Part shown: positions 33,189-45,058 of the stretch, one piece after another
How positions within the stretch are numbered: the first letter of the stretch is position 1
How the letters are laid out: every line of letters begins with the position of its first letter
DNA from: Hypanus sabinus
Lineage: Eukaryota
DNA length: 64,000 bases
Direction of reading: 5' to 3'
NCBI RefSeq assembly: GCF_030144855.1
Contig: NC_082719.1
Location: 4,712,001-4,776,000, forward strand
Position numbers and translations under genes: made by a program
Notes under the pieces: generated by a model
Database searches by the model: none
The model's input: only the letters and a program-made list of their open reading frames with translations
Told to the model about the DNA's origin: nothing

Positions 33189-36100
33189 ATCAAGAAATCC
33201 AAAAATCAGAATCTGGAAACAGACAAAGTCAAAAACCAGAACAATCAAGATAAACAGACGAAATCAGGGTCAGCAAACAGGCAGGGTCAATACTCAGAAG
33301 GACACAGTTTAGATGTGAATGCTAGACAGGCTCAGGAAAACTCACTGGCACACTCTGGCAAAGCACAGGACTGAAATGCACTGAGCAATAGACAGAGAGG
33401 CAGATGATAGGTGAAGCACAATGAGACACAGGTGGCAGCAATACAGGTAATAATGGGAAACAGGAGAGGGATAGAATAATCAGTGATACAGGGGCTGGGG
33501 CTGGAGCAGGAGCACATGGGGCATGAAAACAAATAAGAGCACATGGCAATACAAAAACAGGATGAAGGCTATGAGGAAAACACACAAAAAGACAGAATTC
33601 AAATGGAGGTACTGACAGTACCACTCCCCTCTATGGACGCCTCCTGGCATCATGGTAGGTGGAACTGGGTGCTGGCGACGAAAGTCCCTGCTGAGAGAGG
33701 GGTCCAGGATGTTACAGGAAGGTGGGATGAATGCAGCAGAGAGTGGAGGGGAGCTTGAGATGAACGGCAGCGGGGCTGATGACTTCAGCAATGGGAAAGG
33801 GGCCAATGAAGCGAGGGAAGGGGTGCATTTGTGTAAGGGGGTTTCTTCCTTTGTGGGGGTTTTTGTGTAAGGGGGTTCTTTTATTACTGCATATGTTAAT
33901 CAAAATGGCTTCTTTGTTTTGTTAGAAGTAGGAATGCTTCTTTGTTATGATAAATGCTTTTTCTCGCAGCTTTGTTTGGGTTAAAATTACTGATAACAAG
34001 AATTATATTCATTTGTTAACCAATTGGGATTAATGTTGTTCTTTCTTCTGAGTCTGTAAGCTATTGTTGTCGGGCTTTTGGGGAGATCGGCGTGAGGGGG
34101 TGAGAGAGAGAGGACGTGATGCTGTAAGTTGGGCCATGGAACAGACCCCGAGTGGGGGTCCAAGGACAGGAGCTTCAGTGAGGAGAGGAGACGAAGACAG
34201 ATGGGGGTGCTTGGTTGATCTCTTCGGATGGTCCTGAGCTGCGAGTCGAGGAGTTCAGAGGGGATCGAATGGTGGTCAGAAGACTTCGTTAAATGAGCTC
34301 CAACGGTTGTGCACTAAGTGGTTTGGACTTTGATAAGTTTTGGCGCCTTTTCATTATTTTATTTTCCTTCATATATACTGTATTGTTATTAATCACTTAG
34401 TTTAGTCATCTCTATAAAGTGTAATCACTTAATCACATATGGTGTACTGTCTGTTATTTGGCGAGGTGGGGACATCACACGGCATCCACACAAACTGATC
34501 ATGCAGTTTGTCCGAGTCAAAGGCTGCTTCCCCTGGACGGAAGCGAGCTGAGCGAGCCTGAGGCTAGCCAGGGGGCTATGTTTGTGGGAATCCACCTTGA
34601 GGGGCAGGTCTTGGGTTGAAGGCCACACATGCTGTCTCTGGCGGTAATGTGGGACTTTGAAGCGATGGCGGTCAGCTTGATGCTTGATCCTAGCTGAAGC
34701 ACAGAGAAGGGCAGAGCAAGTGCACCTCCACGTCCGCTGACAACGGCGGATGAATGCCTTGGCAGATGGAAAGCCAACCCCCTCCTCCTGGGCAGGAAAC
34801 AGTAGAGGTTGGTAGCCAAAGCAGCACTCGCAGGGGGACAGACCAGTGGATGAGGACGGATGAGAGTTTATGGCGTACTCAGCCCAGAGTAGCTGCTGAC
34901 TCCATGCGGAGGGGTTGTGGGAGACCAGATACCGCAATACTGTCTCCAGCTGTTGGTTGGCCCACTCAGTCTGGCCATTGGCCTGTGGGTGGAATCCTGA
35001 AGACAGACTCACCGATGCACCCAGAAGATTACAGAATGCCTCCAGAAGTTGAATGTGAATTGAGAGCCCCTGTTTGAACCAACATCTACAGGTAAACCAT
35101 GTAATTTAAAAACAAGCAGTTTTAGAAATGTGGCTGTCTCTTTGGCAGAGGGGAGTTTAGGTAAAGGAATGAAGTGTACAGTCTTGGAGAAATTATCAAC
35201 TACAGCGATAATGGTGCTGTTACCATCTGATGGGGGAAGACCAGTGACAAAATCCAGGGCAATGTGGGACCAGGGTCTCTTGGGGATAGACAGGGGTTGT
35301 AACAGACCAGCGGGTGACCGGTTAGAGTTCTTGCCTTGAGCACAGACGAGCAGGCTGAGACAAAGTTGCGAATGTCACCTCCCATGGAGGGCCACCAGAA
35401 CCGCTGACTGATGAAAACCTGAGTACACTTGTTTCAAGGGTGACCGAGAGAACAACTCCTACACCTCTACTATGAACTACTGGTCGGTGTTGGGTTGAAT
35501 CAGGATGGGGTCAGAGGTGAAACATTCCCTCAGGTCAGAGAATGCTTTTTCAGCAGCAGGGGACCAGGATAAGGTAAGAGCAGTGAGTGGTGCAGCCAGT
35601 GTACTGTAATTTCTGATGAAGCGGCGACAGAAGTTAGCAAAGCCCAAGAAGCATTGCAACTCCTGATGAGTCAAAGGTTGGGGCCATTTGACCACCACCT
35701 GGACCTTTTGTTGGTTCATCTGAATTGAACTGCCTCAAATTACATACCCCAGGAAGGAGACTCTGTGATGGAACTCACATTTCTTAGCCTTCACAAAGAG
35801 CTGGTTCTCCAGAAGGCACTGGAGAACTCTGCAGACATGATCTGTGTGTTCAGCAAGAGACTTAGAAAAAAAAATCAAAATGTCATCGAGATACACAAAA
35901 ACAAATTAGTTCAGCATGTCCCAGAGAATGTCATTTACCAGGGCTTGCAAGAAGATGGGAGCATTGGTGAGACTGAATGGCATGACCAGATACTCTTAAT
36001 GGCCTGAGGTGGTGTTGAAGGCCGTCTTCCATTCATCCTTTTCGCGGATGCAGACAAGATGTAGGCATTATAGAGATCAAGCTTGGTGAAAGCTGAGGCT

Positions 36101-37550
36101 CCTTGTAGTAGTTCAAATGCAGAGGTCATGAGTGGAAGAGGGTAACGGTTCTGAACAGTGACTTCATTCAGTTCCCGGTAATCAATGCATGGACACAAGG
36201 GGCTGTCCTTCTTGAAAAGAAAAAAACTGGCACCAGCAGGAGAGGAAGATGGCTGGATGATGCCTGCAGCCAGAGACTCTTGAATGTACTTACTCATGAC
36301 TTCTGTTTCAGGTACAGACAGGGAGTACAGGCGGCCCCTTCGGGGACATATGCCAGGCAAGAGGTCGATGGCACAGAGAAAATGGGTGATAAGGCAGCAG
36401 GGAAGTGACCCGGGACAGCCCTGAGGTCCAGGTATTCAGGAAGGATGACACTAAGGTCCGGAAATTCCTCGGGGGGATCTGGGCTTGGAGACAAGGGGAT
36501 CTGAGCATGGTGGAGGCAGTGGGAGTGACAGACTTGGCTCCAGCCTACAATCTTGCGACTGAGCCAGTCAATGTGGGGATTGTGTTTAACTAACCAGGAA
36601 TGGCCCAGGACAATGGAAGCTTGAGGACAGTCAATAACATAAAGGGTTAACTGTTCATGATGGTTGCTGGGTAAACTGAGACTCACTGGGTCATGACATG
36701 GGTGATGTTAGCCAGGCTCTGACTGTCCAAGGCACTGGCCGTCAATGGTGACTGGAGAGCAGACGTGGGTTGCCAAGCCGGAATCGATAATACTCCCCTC
36801 TGCACCAGAATCGACCAAAGTGGAGACTGCTCGCTATTGGACATCCCACTCCAGAGAAGCAGGTATGAGAGTGAGTGGTGTTGAAGAGGGCCAGACAGGG
36901 GTCACACTCACCAGTACTCCTCATCCTGCTGGTGAGTGCTTGACTTTTACTAGGCAGGTGGCAATGAAGTGGCTTGGTTGGCCACAGTACAGACAGGAAC
37001 GGGAGCCAATTCTCCTTTGTCCTTCAGTCGGCGTCAGGCGGGTGCAGTCAATCGGCATGGCTTCAGGTTCTGGAATAAGAATTAAAGATGGGGGCAAACG
37101 GCAGGGCAATGTAGACTGAGGAGGAGCTGAGAACTCACTCAGTGCCCCCAGGGACCCTCTGGATCCCCTCCCTCTGTGGCACTGCTGAAGGCAAACATCA
37201 ATACGGATGGCCAAATCCGCCAGGGCTTCAAAAGGTGGCAGGAGGTCCATCTTTGATGTCTTTGGAGAGGCCGTTCAGGAAGGTGTCGTACTGTGCCTCC
37301 GAGTTCCAGTCACTGGGGGTGGCTAGGGTTCGGAACTCTATGGAGTAATCTGACACAGATCTGTGCCCCCGGTGCATGTGCAGCATTTCACAGGCAGCCT
37401 CTCTCCCATGTTTGGAGCGATCAAACATTTTCTCATCTCCTCACAAAATAACTGAAAACTGATGCAGAAAGGTGAGCCTGCCTCCCAGACGGCTGTTCCC
37501 CATTCTCTCGCCAGACCAGACAGTTGGGTGATGGCGTAGGCTACCTGCAC
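33189..37550 (-). mobile_element. Gypsy (sushi/chromovirus-like) LTR retrotransposon, 5'-truncated, partial 3' LTR at 33189-33617
   Basis: gag with CLYCGQPSHFIATC, protease [33 protein letters not shown], integrase SSGFHPQANGQTE, GPY/F motif PRFIGPF, then a PPT followed by TGTCA at 33617. Confidence 0.93.
33832..34580 (+). mobile_element. Solo LTR nested in the Gypsy integrase, 4-bp TSD
   Basis: TTTG at 33828-33831 and 34581-34584. Begins TGTAAG. Interrupts integrase between LPLKVDSHK and PRFIGPF. No internal coding sequence. Confidence 0.8.
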
Positions 37551-38789
37551 TGCACTGCTTACTATTATACAATAACTGCAGAGGCCAGTCAGCATTGACC
37601 ATGTTCAAGTCTTCAGTCACAGCCAATGTTGTCATTTTGCACTCCACCCTGAGATGAAATACACTGTTGCTGGAGAAATCACAAGCAAAGATTTTGCTGC
37701 TGAGGGAAGCTTGGAGTGGTGGGCAAGCAATGGATGGATGGAAAATTGAATGCCTCAGGGTTCTCATCATATCCCCAAAATCCCCTCTCAATGATTCTAA
37801 TGCCTTATATAGCTGAAAAGTAAATATCACTGACATTATACAAGAACAGTCCTTCATTCAAAGAATAAAATATTACAAGCAGCAGGTCAAACAAGCAATC
37901 TTGTCACCAATCCCTATTAATAATGTTTATCCAGAATGTTTAAAAATGTTCACTGAAAATGGTGATTATCTTGAGACCAGCCAGTATACTACAGACAATC
38001 TCCATGGCTCAGATAACAGAAATTCCCTTTTACGGAATTCAGAAATTACTATCCAAAAATTTGAGATCTGGAATAAAATTTATTCTAACAAAACTTATGT
38101 GAAAAAGAAATAAACAGAAAATATACTTTTTCAACTCATGTCTTGATGCATACACAGTTGAAGCAACCTTGCACTATGAAAAATCATGATATGGACCAGT
38201 TTCCTGAAGAACAATTCCCGCCACTTCCATAACATAGGGGTCACCCGTATTTATAAGATGGCTGTTATGGTCGGTGTATTGTGTGCTGTTTTTAACCGTA
38301 AGAAAAATTGGATACAAAGACATTTGCTATCATAAGGTGCACGGGTCATCATTTGCTGTCTCACTTCTATCTTACATAGTAATTCCAAATGATGGATCAT
38401 TTATCATTTAATTTCTGTAGTCATCCTTCCTAGAACATTGTACTGGAAAGCACCGAAACCCATCTCAATTGTTTGGGTATCTTCTGTCGACTAAAAGTGA
38501 GTGCAAGATGCAGAATGATTCATTTTTGAACGTGTTCAACTGATCTCTCTGAAAGTGCAGTGCACATATTACATACTTTTGTCCAGGTCTTTGGAAACAA
38601 CAGCATGTTCCTTACATAAAATAAACATACATATTTGATTTTGGTGCAGTCAGATAATGTATCTATTTTATAACATGGTAGGTCACCATCCTGCAATTAA
38701 GCCCTCACTCCTTCCTACATTGACAGAACTTCCAAGGCATCATTTCTACAATTGCAGTTTTGTACTCTATTCTATTACAATATAGCAAT

Positions 38790-39135
38790 TCCTTTTCAAA
38801 AGATGAAAGGTGGCATAGATAGAGTGGACAGCCAGACACTTTTCCCAGGGCAGAAATGCCTAATACGAAGGGGCACAATTTTAAGGTGTTTGTTCAAACA
38901 TATAAGGACATCAGAGGGAGGCATTACACAGAGAATAGTGGCTGCATGGATTGTGCACCCAGGGGTGGTGGCAGAGACAGCTACATTAGGGATATTTAAG
39001 AAACTCTTACATAGGTACATGGATGAAAGAAAAATGGCAGGTGATACGGGAAGGAAAGGTTTGATTGATCGACAAATTTCTTAAAAGACCAGGACAACAT
39101 TGTGTTTAGAAGGGTCTGTACGGTTCTACGTTCTA
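38790..39135 (+). mobile_element. CR1-type LINE 3' fragment
   Basis: MKGGIDRVDSQTLFP...TQRIVAAW...FKKLLHRYMD. Confidence 0.8.
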
Positions 39136-39429
39136 AAAGATGTTCGATTCTACTTCCCTACTTGGAGCCTAACATTTTTCAAACCTCGCTTCCTGTAAAT
39201 GTTTTCCACAGTTATGAGCCAATTCAAATAAGGGGACGGCAAAAATGAATAAATATTATTAGGCTTGGCCAGACCTGCATGCAGACCCCCACCAGACCTC
39301 ACTTCTTATGGACACATGTTCACATCAAACACAAGTCGTTCTAACTTTGTTGACCATGTCAAATCAGGGCTGCTACAGCTGATCTGTTACATACACTTAA
39401 CTCACAAAAAAAAGAAGAAGCTTACTGGA

Positions 39430-39745
39430 CCTCTATTTGTCACATGACATGGAAACATTGAAGGATACAGTAAACTATGTCGCTTACATCAGTGACCAAC
39501 ACAGTCTGAGGATTGTGCTCAGGGCGGCCCACAAGTGTCGCCATGCTTCTGGCATCAACATAGCGTGCCCATGTCTTATTAACCCTAACCCGCACTTCTT
39601 TGGAATGTGGGAGGAAACCGGAGCATCTGAAGTAAAATCTCATGTGGTCACAGGGAGGACATATAAAGTCCTTACTGTAAGGAATAACCCTAGTTGATGG
39701 TACTGTAAAACAATGCACTAACTGCTATGCTATCATGCTGTCCTA
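39430..39745 (-). mobile_element. V-SINE with non-CR1 (Rex1-like) tail
   Basis: Minus strand: head TAGCATAGCAGTTAG, core TGCTCCGGTTTCCTCCCACATTCCAAAGA, tail ending ...TGTCATGTGACAAATAGAG. Confidence 0.75.
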
Positions 39746-40224
39746 ATCATACATCTATGAATAAAAAAGAGCATGCGAGTACTTGAGTATCTGCCGCTCT
39801 TAATCTTAATGAAATACTAGTCTCATGATCTTTAACTTTGGAATATAAGGGAATACTATAGTCATGGAAATCTTTAAATAGGGAAAGCACTAAATTTTAC
39901 AGTAGGACATTATCCGTCAACATTTAATTACATAATGCTGATACAAGGAAAATATGGAAAGATATGGTAATCTGTAAACTCTCAGAATCTGAGAAATAAA
40001 AATAGCCTATCTGCATAAATCTCTTCCACAGAAATACTTCTTTCACTAGTGCCTCAGATGAAGCATTCTACTTGAAAGTTTCACATGATCACAGCAAAAT
40101 TAGATTCTGAAAACTGCCACCAATATCCAAACTTCATTTGTCAGAAGGAGCAATTGTCCTGCTGATGCAGGAAAACACAAATTACAGTAAATCCTTCAAT
40201 CTCAAGAACTACCGTACACCTCCA

Positions 40225-40590
40225 ATATCATCATCACCAGCATTATGTGTCGTATGACGTGGGCGATCATCGTCTTTCCATAACCATGATTGCTTTTGAC
40301 AATTTTTTCTACAGAAGTGGTTTGCCACTGCCTACTTTTGGGCAGTGTCTTTACAAGGCAGGTGGCACTGGCAATTATCAACACTCTTCAGAGATTGCCT
40401 GCTTGTCTTTAGTGGTCACATAACCAAGACGTATGAACCAGGTGCTCCCAAGGTTTGTTGTGACCCTGATCTGGGGGGGGGGGGGGGCTAAGTGTGTGCT
40501 ACACCTTGCCCAAGGGTGACCTGCGGGTTAGCGTAGGTAAGGAGCGCCTTACACCTCCTTTGGTAGAGACACATCTGTACTCTGCCACCC
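40225..40590 (-). mobile_element. SINE-like element with RTE-type GGCAAACCAC motif and (ATG)n tail
   Basis: Minus strand: GGGTGGCAGAG... start, TCACCCTTGGGCAAG, internal poly-C, GTGGCAAACCACTTCTGTAG, ends TGATGATGAT. Confidence 0.55.
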
Positions 40591-41484
40591 AAATACACCA
40601 ATATACTATACCATTTTATGATGTACATCATAAACTTTTCTATTTGCTGCTTGACTTTATGACTTGGTAAAGTGGATACAAGTTTCTTGATTTTGAAGTA
40701 ATCTGTAATGATTAATTATGCGGTAACTATGCATTTTGAACTTTTTTCTTGAAATCGGCATACATTTTTTAGCATTATTTGTATGAAAATTGTATATTTC
40801 CATGTCAGACCATTATTGTGACTATTTCCAGAAATTCAACTGGTTACAGTACTTCTAAAATGATGACACATTTTTACATCATTTCTGTTACTCTCCCTCA
40901 GTAGGCTGTTTGGTATTTAATTCTACATTACATTTCTAAGTGTGTAGACATATGTGGTTTGTTGTACGAAAGCTACATTTTGTCTATTTAATAAAAATGT
41001 AACAATGACACCGATAAGAAAAAAAGTCAATAGCTTGGGTCTGAATACACAACATAATTAGGAAGTTAAATGAAAATAAATTACTCTATGCTTCTCTACA
41101 ATCACCAGCAGGCAATGAGAATAGGATCAAAGGCAATTGTTGGCATATATTGATGACACTTAATTGGCAAGTTCTAGGAGATTTTTAATAGTGCTTTCGT
41201 GTGACTACTGAATAGAATTGTGTTTGTCCAAGGCTTCCTATGTACAAATAAAATTGCAATAGCACAGTAATTTACAGTGGCTGGAGACGGTGATGTTGAC
41301 GTCACCGGACTACTATTGCATGCACAAAGGTACACAGAGTCACTGTTCAATAGGAGTGGCCGAAATATAATGCAAGTTAATAACACACTACAAAGCAAGT
41401 GAAGATGGAGGTAAACTTCAGTAACCCATCAAAATTGAGGAGATTGTTCTATAGTTCCTTCAAACTGATGTAGCCAAAAATTTT

Positions 41485-41830
41485 AGAACAGAACATAGAC
41501 ATCTACAGCACATTACAGGCCCTTCAGCCCACAATGCTGTACTGACCATGTAATCTACTCTAGAAACTGCCTAGAATTACCCTACTGCATAGCCCTCTAG
41601 TTTTCTAAGCTCCATGTACCTACCCAAGAGTCACTTAAAAGACCCTATTGTATCTGTCTCTACCACCTTTGGGGCAGTCTATTCCGTGCACCTACCACAT
41701 TCTGTGTAAAAAACTTACCCATGACATCCCCTCTGTACCTACTTCCAAGTGCCTTAAAACTATGCCCCCTTGTGTTAGCCATTTTAGCCCTGGGAAGAAG
41801 CCTCTGGATATCCACATGATCAATGCCTTG
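41485..41830 (-). mobile_element. CR1-type LINE 3' fragment
   Basis: Same family as 3051-3400 (TRGHSFK...FFTQNVVGARNRLP). Confidence 0.88.
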
Positions 41831-41834
41831 AATC

Positions 41835-42560
41835 TTTGGCAAGATTTTATAAAGGCTAAATACAGCTTCATGCATTCTTCTTGGAATTGTCATGATGTTA
41901 AGATCACTGTGTCTCTAGATGGTTGGACTCCACACTGTGATTCAGAGAGCAGCCCCTTTGGCCACAGGGTGGAAGCTGTTAAGACGAATCCTAGTAATGG
42001 CTTTCCCTATAGTGGTCCCCTTTCTAGTTACCAAGTCAGATGTCTCCTTTCTTGAAGAGAGTGATGATAACATTTTTGAGGTCATCTGGAACATCTTCTT
42101 CTTACCAGATGTGAAGAATGATGCTGTGTATTTGTAACTGAAGCTGCTCATCACAGAGATTTAGAACTTCAGTGAAGATAATGTCTGCTCCTAAATACTT
42201 GTTATCTTTTTGTTAAGTCTTTTTGGCTAAGGAGTGGTGGAAAGGTTCAAGAGTGGTGGTAAGACTAGCCGAGATAGACTGCTGTGTAAAGGAGTCAAGC
42301 ATACTGACATCGAATATAGTCATGGTTGAAGAGGCCTTCAGAATGTTCCTTTCAATGAGTATTGACTCACTCTTGGTCATCCATTGGTTTCAATTTTTTT
42401 TCTGTCAGTGAGTGTAGCATTGAATGTTGGGATTGCAGATGGCTTTTAATGGTGATGATAAACCTTTGTTAGTCATGCGTGTTGGCAATGTACTAGGCTT
42501 CCTGCACTCTACGCTTCAAATCACAGAATTTCTTCTGAACATTTGCCATCAGGTCCCAGT
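41835..42560 (-). mobile_element. Decayed RTE-clade LINE RT fragment
   Basis: Frame-shifted remnants IW.EEDVPDDLKNVIITLFKKGD, TIGKAITRIRLN and SESQCG, typical of RTE/BovB RT domains 1-2. Confidence 0.7.
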
Positions 42561-42674
42561 AAAGGTGTTTATTTTCTCTCAAGGAAAACTGAGTTTCCAA
42601 TCTAGAAATTCCTAGTTAATTAGCTCCATATCTTACAGTTACTCTCACCTATCAATGTGTTTTTTCTTGCTGGA

Positions 42675-43000
42675 GAAACATTGACAAGGCTTTCAACAAA
42701 GCCTTCAAAATGATGGACCAAATATCAGTGTGCTCTCCTAAGCTAAAGTGCCCTGTATTGAGACTCAGTCCATTACATTGGGTAGGCAATATTATTCAAT
42801 GCCAGACACACAAAACAGACATTATTCTCCTTGCGTAGTTACAGGGAAAAATAGCAGCAGAAAACAAGAGATTCAACAATGCACTCAAACCCTTCTGGAA
42901 GAAATGCAAACCCACTGAATCCTGTAACTCTCTGTTGAAGTGGAGAAGAAGCATTCAAGATGGTAGTGAGAAATCCAAGGGCACACAAAGTCTATGCTTA
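42675..43000 (+). mobile_element. Decayed RTE-clade LINE C-terminal fragment
   Basis: LHWVGNII.MPDT and KRFNNALK...KKC remnants resemble the RTE motif LRWxGHxxRM...KRFKDxLK. Confidence 0.5.
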
Positions 43001-44389
43001 AGTGGTATAAGGGGTACACTACTACGAATATAACACATCCAATTAGGCCAACTAAGGAGTTGGCACTTTGTACATTGGCCACATTAGCTAACTCAAGGTC
43101 CATAAAATCATAATTGAAGCAAGTCATCCCCAATCCCAAGAGACCACTTAAAAGAGGAAAGGCTATGCAAATATTAAAAAAATGCTCATTAAGAAATTGG
43201 GCCATAAGCATGTGGCATGCTGATAAATTTTTAATGGTATGTGGCAGGATGCTGTCTTTTTTAAAGATATTATGCAGCAACAGGAAGATTACTTTAACCC
43301 AAAGTCATTATAAATAGGTGAAAATTTAGGGCAAGGAACAAGAAGTAAGATGAGAAAAGGTGTCATTAAAAAACATTGCAACTTTGATGCCCTTTCTAGT
43401 CTTACCTCACACAGAGTCTGATGAATAAATTCATTCGCAATTACTGTGGTTCAGAAGTTGGCATTAAAACTTGCAAATAAAATTGCTGTGTGATTGTAAA
43501 TGGCATCGAAGTATATAGAGAATTTCATCTACCAAAAGCAACTGGATTACTAGATCTACAGTGTGCAGTTAGAAAGTAATAACCATGCCCAAGATTGCAA
43601 AACACAGTGCAGTGAGTTCAGTCAGCTGCTATATTTGCAGTGGCCATCATTCATCCCCAGCACTGTCAGCTTGGAAAAGCCGTGTGTTTCAGCTGGCAAA
43701 AGAAAGGTGAAATTTCAACAGCCTGTATGTCTGAGCCAATGACAAACAACAGAATCAATTTCCATGGCAATTCAAAACAATAACAGTAAAGAGGATTTCA
43801 GTGTTTAGAAGTTCATTCATCCGTGTTCTGCACAGATCTTTTCCACAACAGTAAAGGCAGTAAATAGACAGAAGTTTGGGGGAAATGATAAAATGTAAAT
43901 TGATTCCACCACAGATTGTTCAAAAATGAATCAAGGCATTGAGCCATACATCTTCTCAGAAATCAGGAATAAACTGTAAACCTACCCTGTTAAGGTTTTG
44001 TAGATGTAAGTGCAAATGGATTGCACATTGCATCACAAAGGACAAAACGTACAACTACCCTATATAACAAACTCTGAAAACAGCCAACTTTAATAGGAGA
44101 GTGGCTGAGATAAGTCAAATTGGATTGACAGATGGCTTTTAAGGCTTCAAAGGCATACTTTGGCACATTTTTTGGAAATGTGTAAAACTGCACAGGTATG
44201 CAGCATGCATTATATGCACTTTCATTGGGTAAGATGTAAAAATGGACTAATGTAACTTGGATCAGTATTGTAAGTTCAAAAACATTGAATTGAAAAGCAA
44301 CCAATGAACTGTACTTGTAAAAGTAAACCAGAATGAATAGACCACATACTGCTGTGCCAAGCCACACTGTTAGCCACACTTGTGTGAAG

Positions 44390-45058
44390 GCCATAAGACA
44401 TAGAAGCAGCATTAGGCCTTTTGGTCCATTGAGTCTGTTCCACCATTCTATCATTGCAGATCTATTATCCCTCTCAATCCCATTCTCCTGCCTTCTTCCT
44501 GCAACCTGACTAACCAAGAATCTATCAAACTTTGCTTTAAATATACACAATGACTTGACCTCCACAAGCATCTGTGGTAATGAATACCACAGAATCACCA
44601 CCCTCTGGCTAAAAAAGTTCTTCCTCATCTCTGTTCTCGGGGGACATCCTGGTCCTACACTGTCCCACTTCTGGAAACATTCTCTTCATGTCCACTCTTT
44701 CTAGGCTTTTCAATATTCAATAAGATTCAATGACATGTCCCCTCAGCTTTCTAAACTCCTGCAAGTACAACCAAGGGCCATCAAATGCTCCTCATCTGTT
44801 AATCCTTTTGTGCCTGGAATTATTCTTGTGAACTTCCACTAAAGTGACTTCAATGCTGGCACATCCTTTCTTAAATAAGGGACCCAAAGCTGCTCAAATA
44901 TTCCAAGTGCTGTATGACTAATGCCTTACAAAAGCCTCAGCATTACATCCTTGCCTTTATATTCTAGTCCTCTCCAAATGAATTCTAACATTGCATTTGC
45001 CTTCCTTATTACTGACTCAACCTGTAAGTTAAACTTTAGGGAATCCTGCACATCCTGA
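44390..45058 (-). mobile_element. CR1-type LINE 3' part
   Basis: VQDSLKFNLQVESVIRKANAML...; MRKNFFSQRVVILWYSLPQ. Same subfamily as 4728-5793. Confidence 0.9.

Noticed and set aside
37441-37857. 138-aa minus ORF with a good acceptor before LYKALESLRGDF
   Set aside because: No convincing donor, it runs into an off-frame Gypsy gag, and the peptide is unrecognised.
38421-38496. KHRNPSQLFGYL resembling a tachykinin
   Set aside because: Lacks the FxGLM-G-K/R amidation signature.
43990-44628. 212-aa ORF with hydrophobic segments
   Set aside because: It begins in a CR1 C-terminus and runs through its UTR into flank. No recognisable domain or splice structure.
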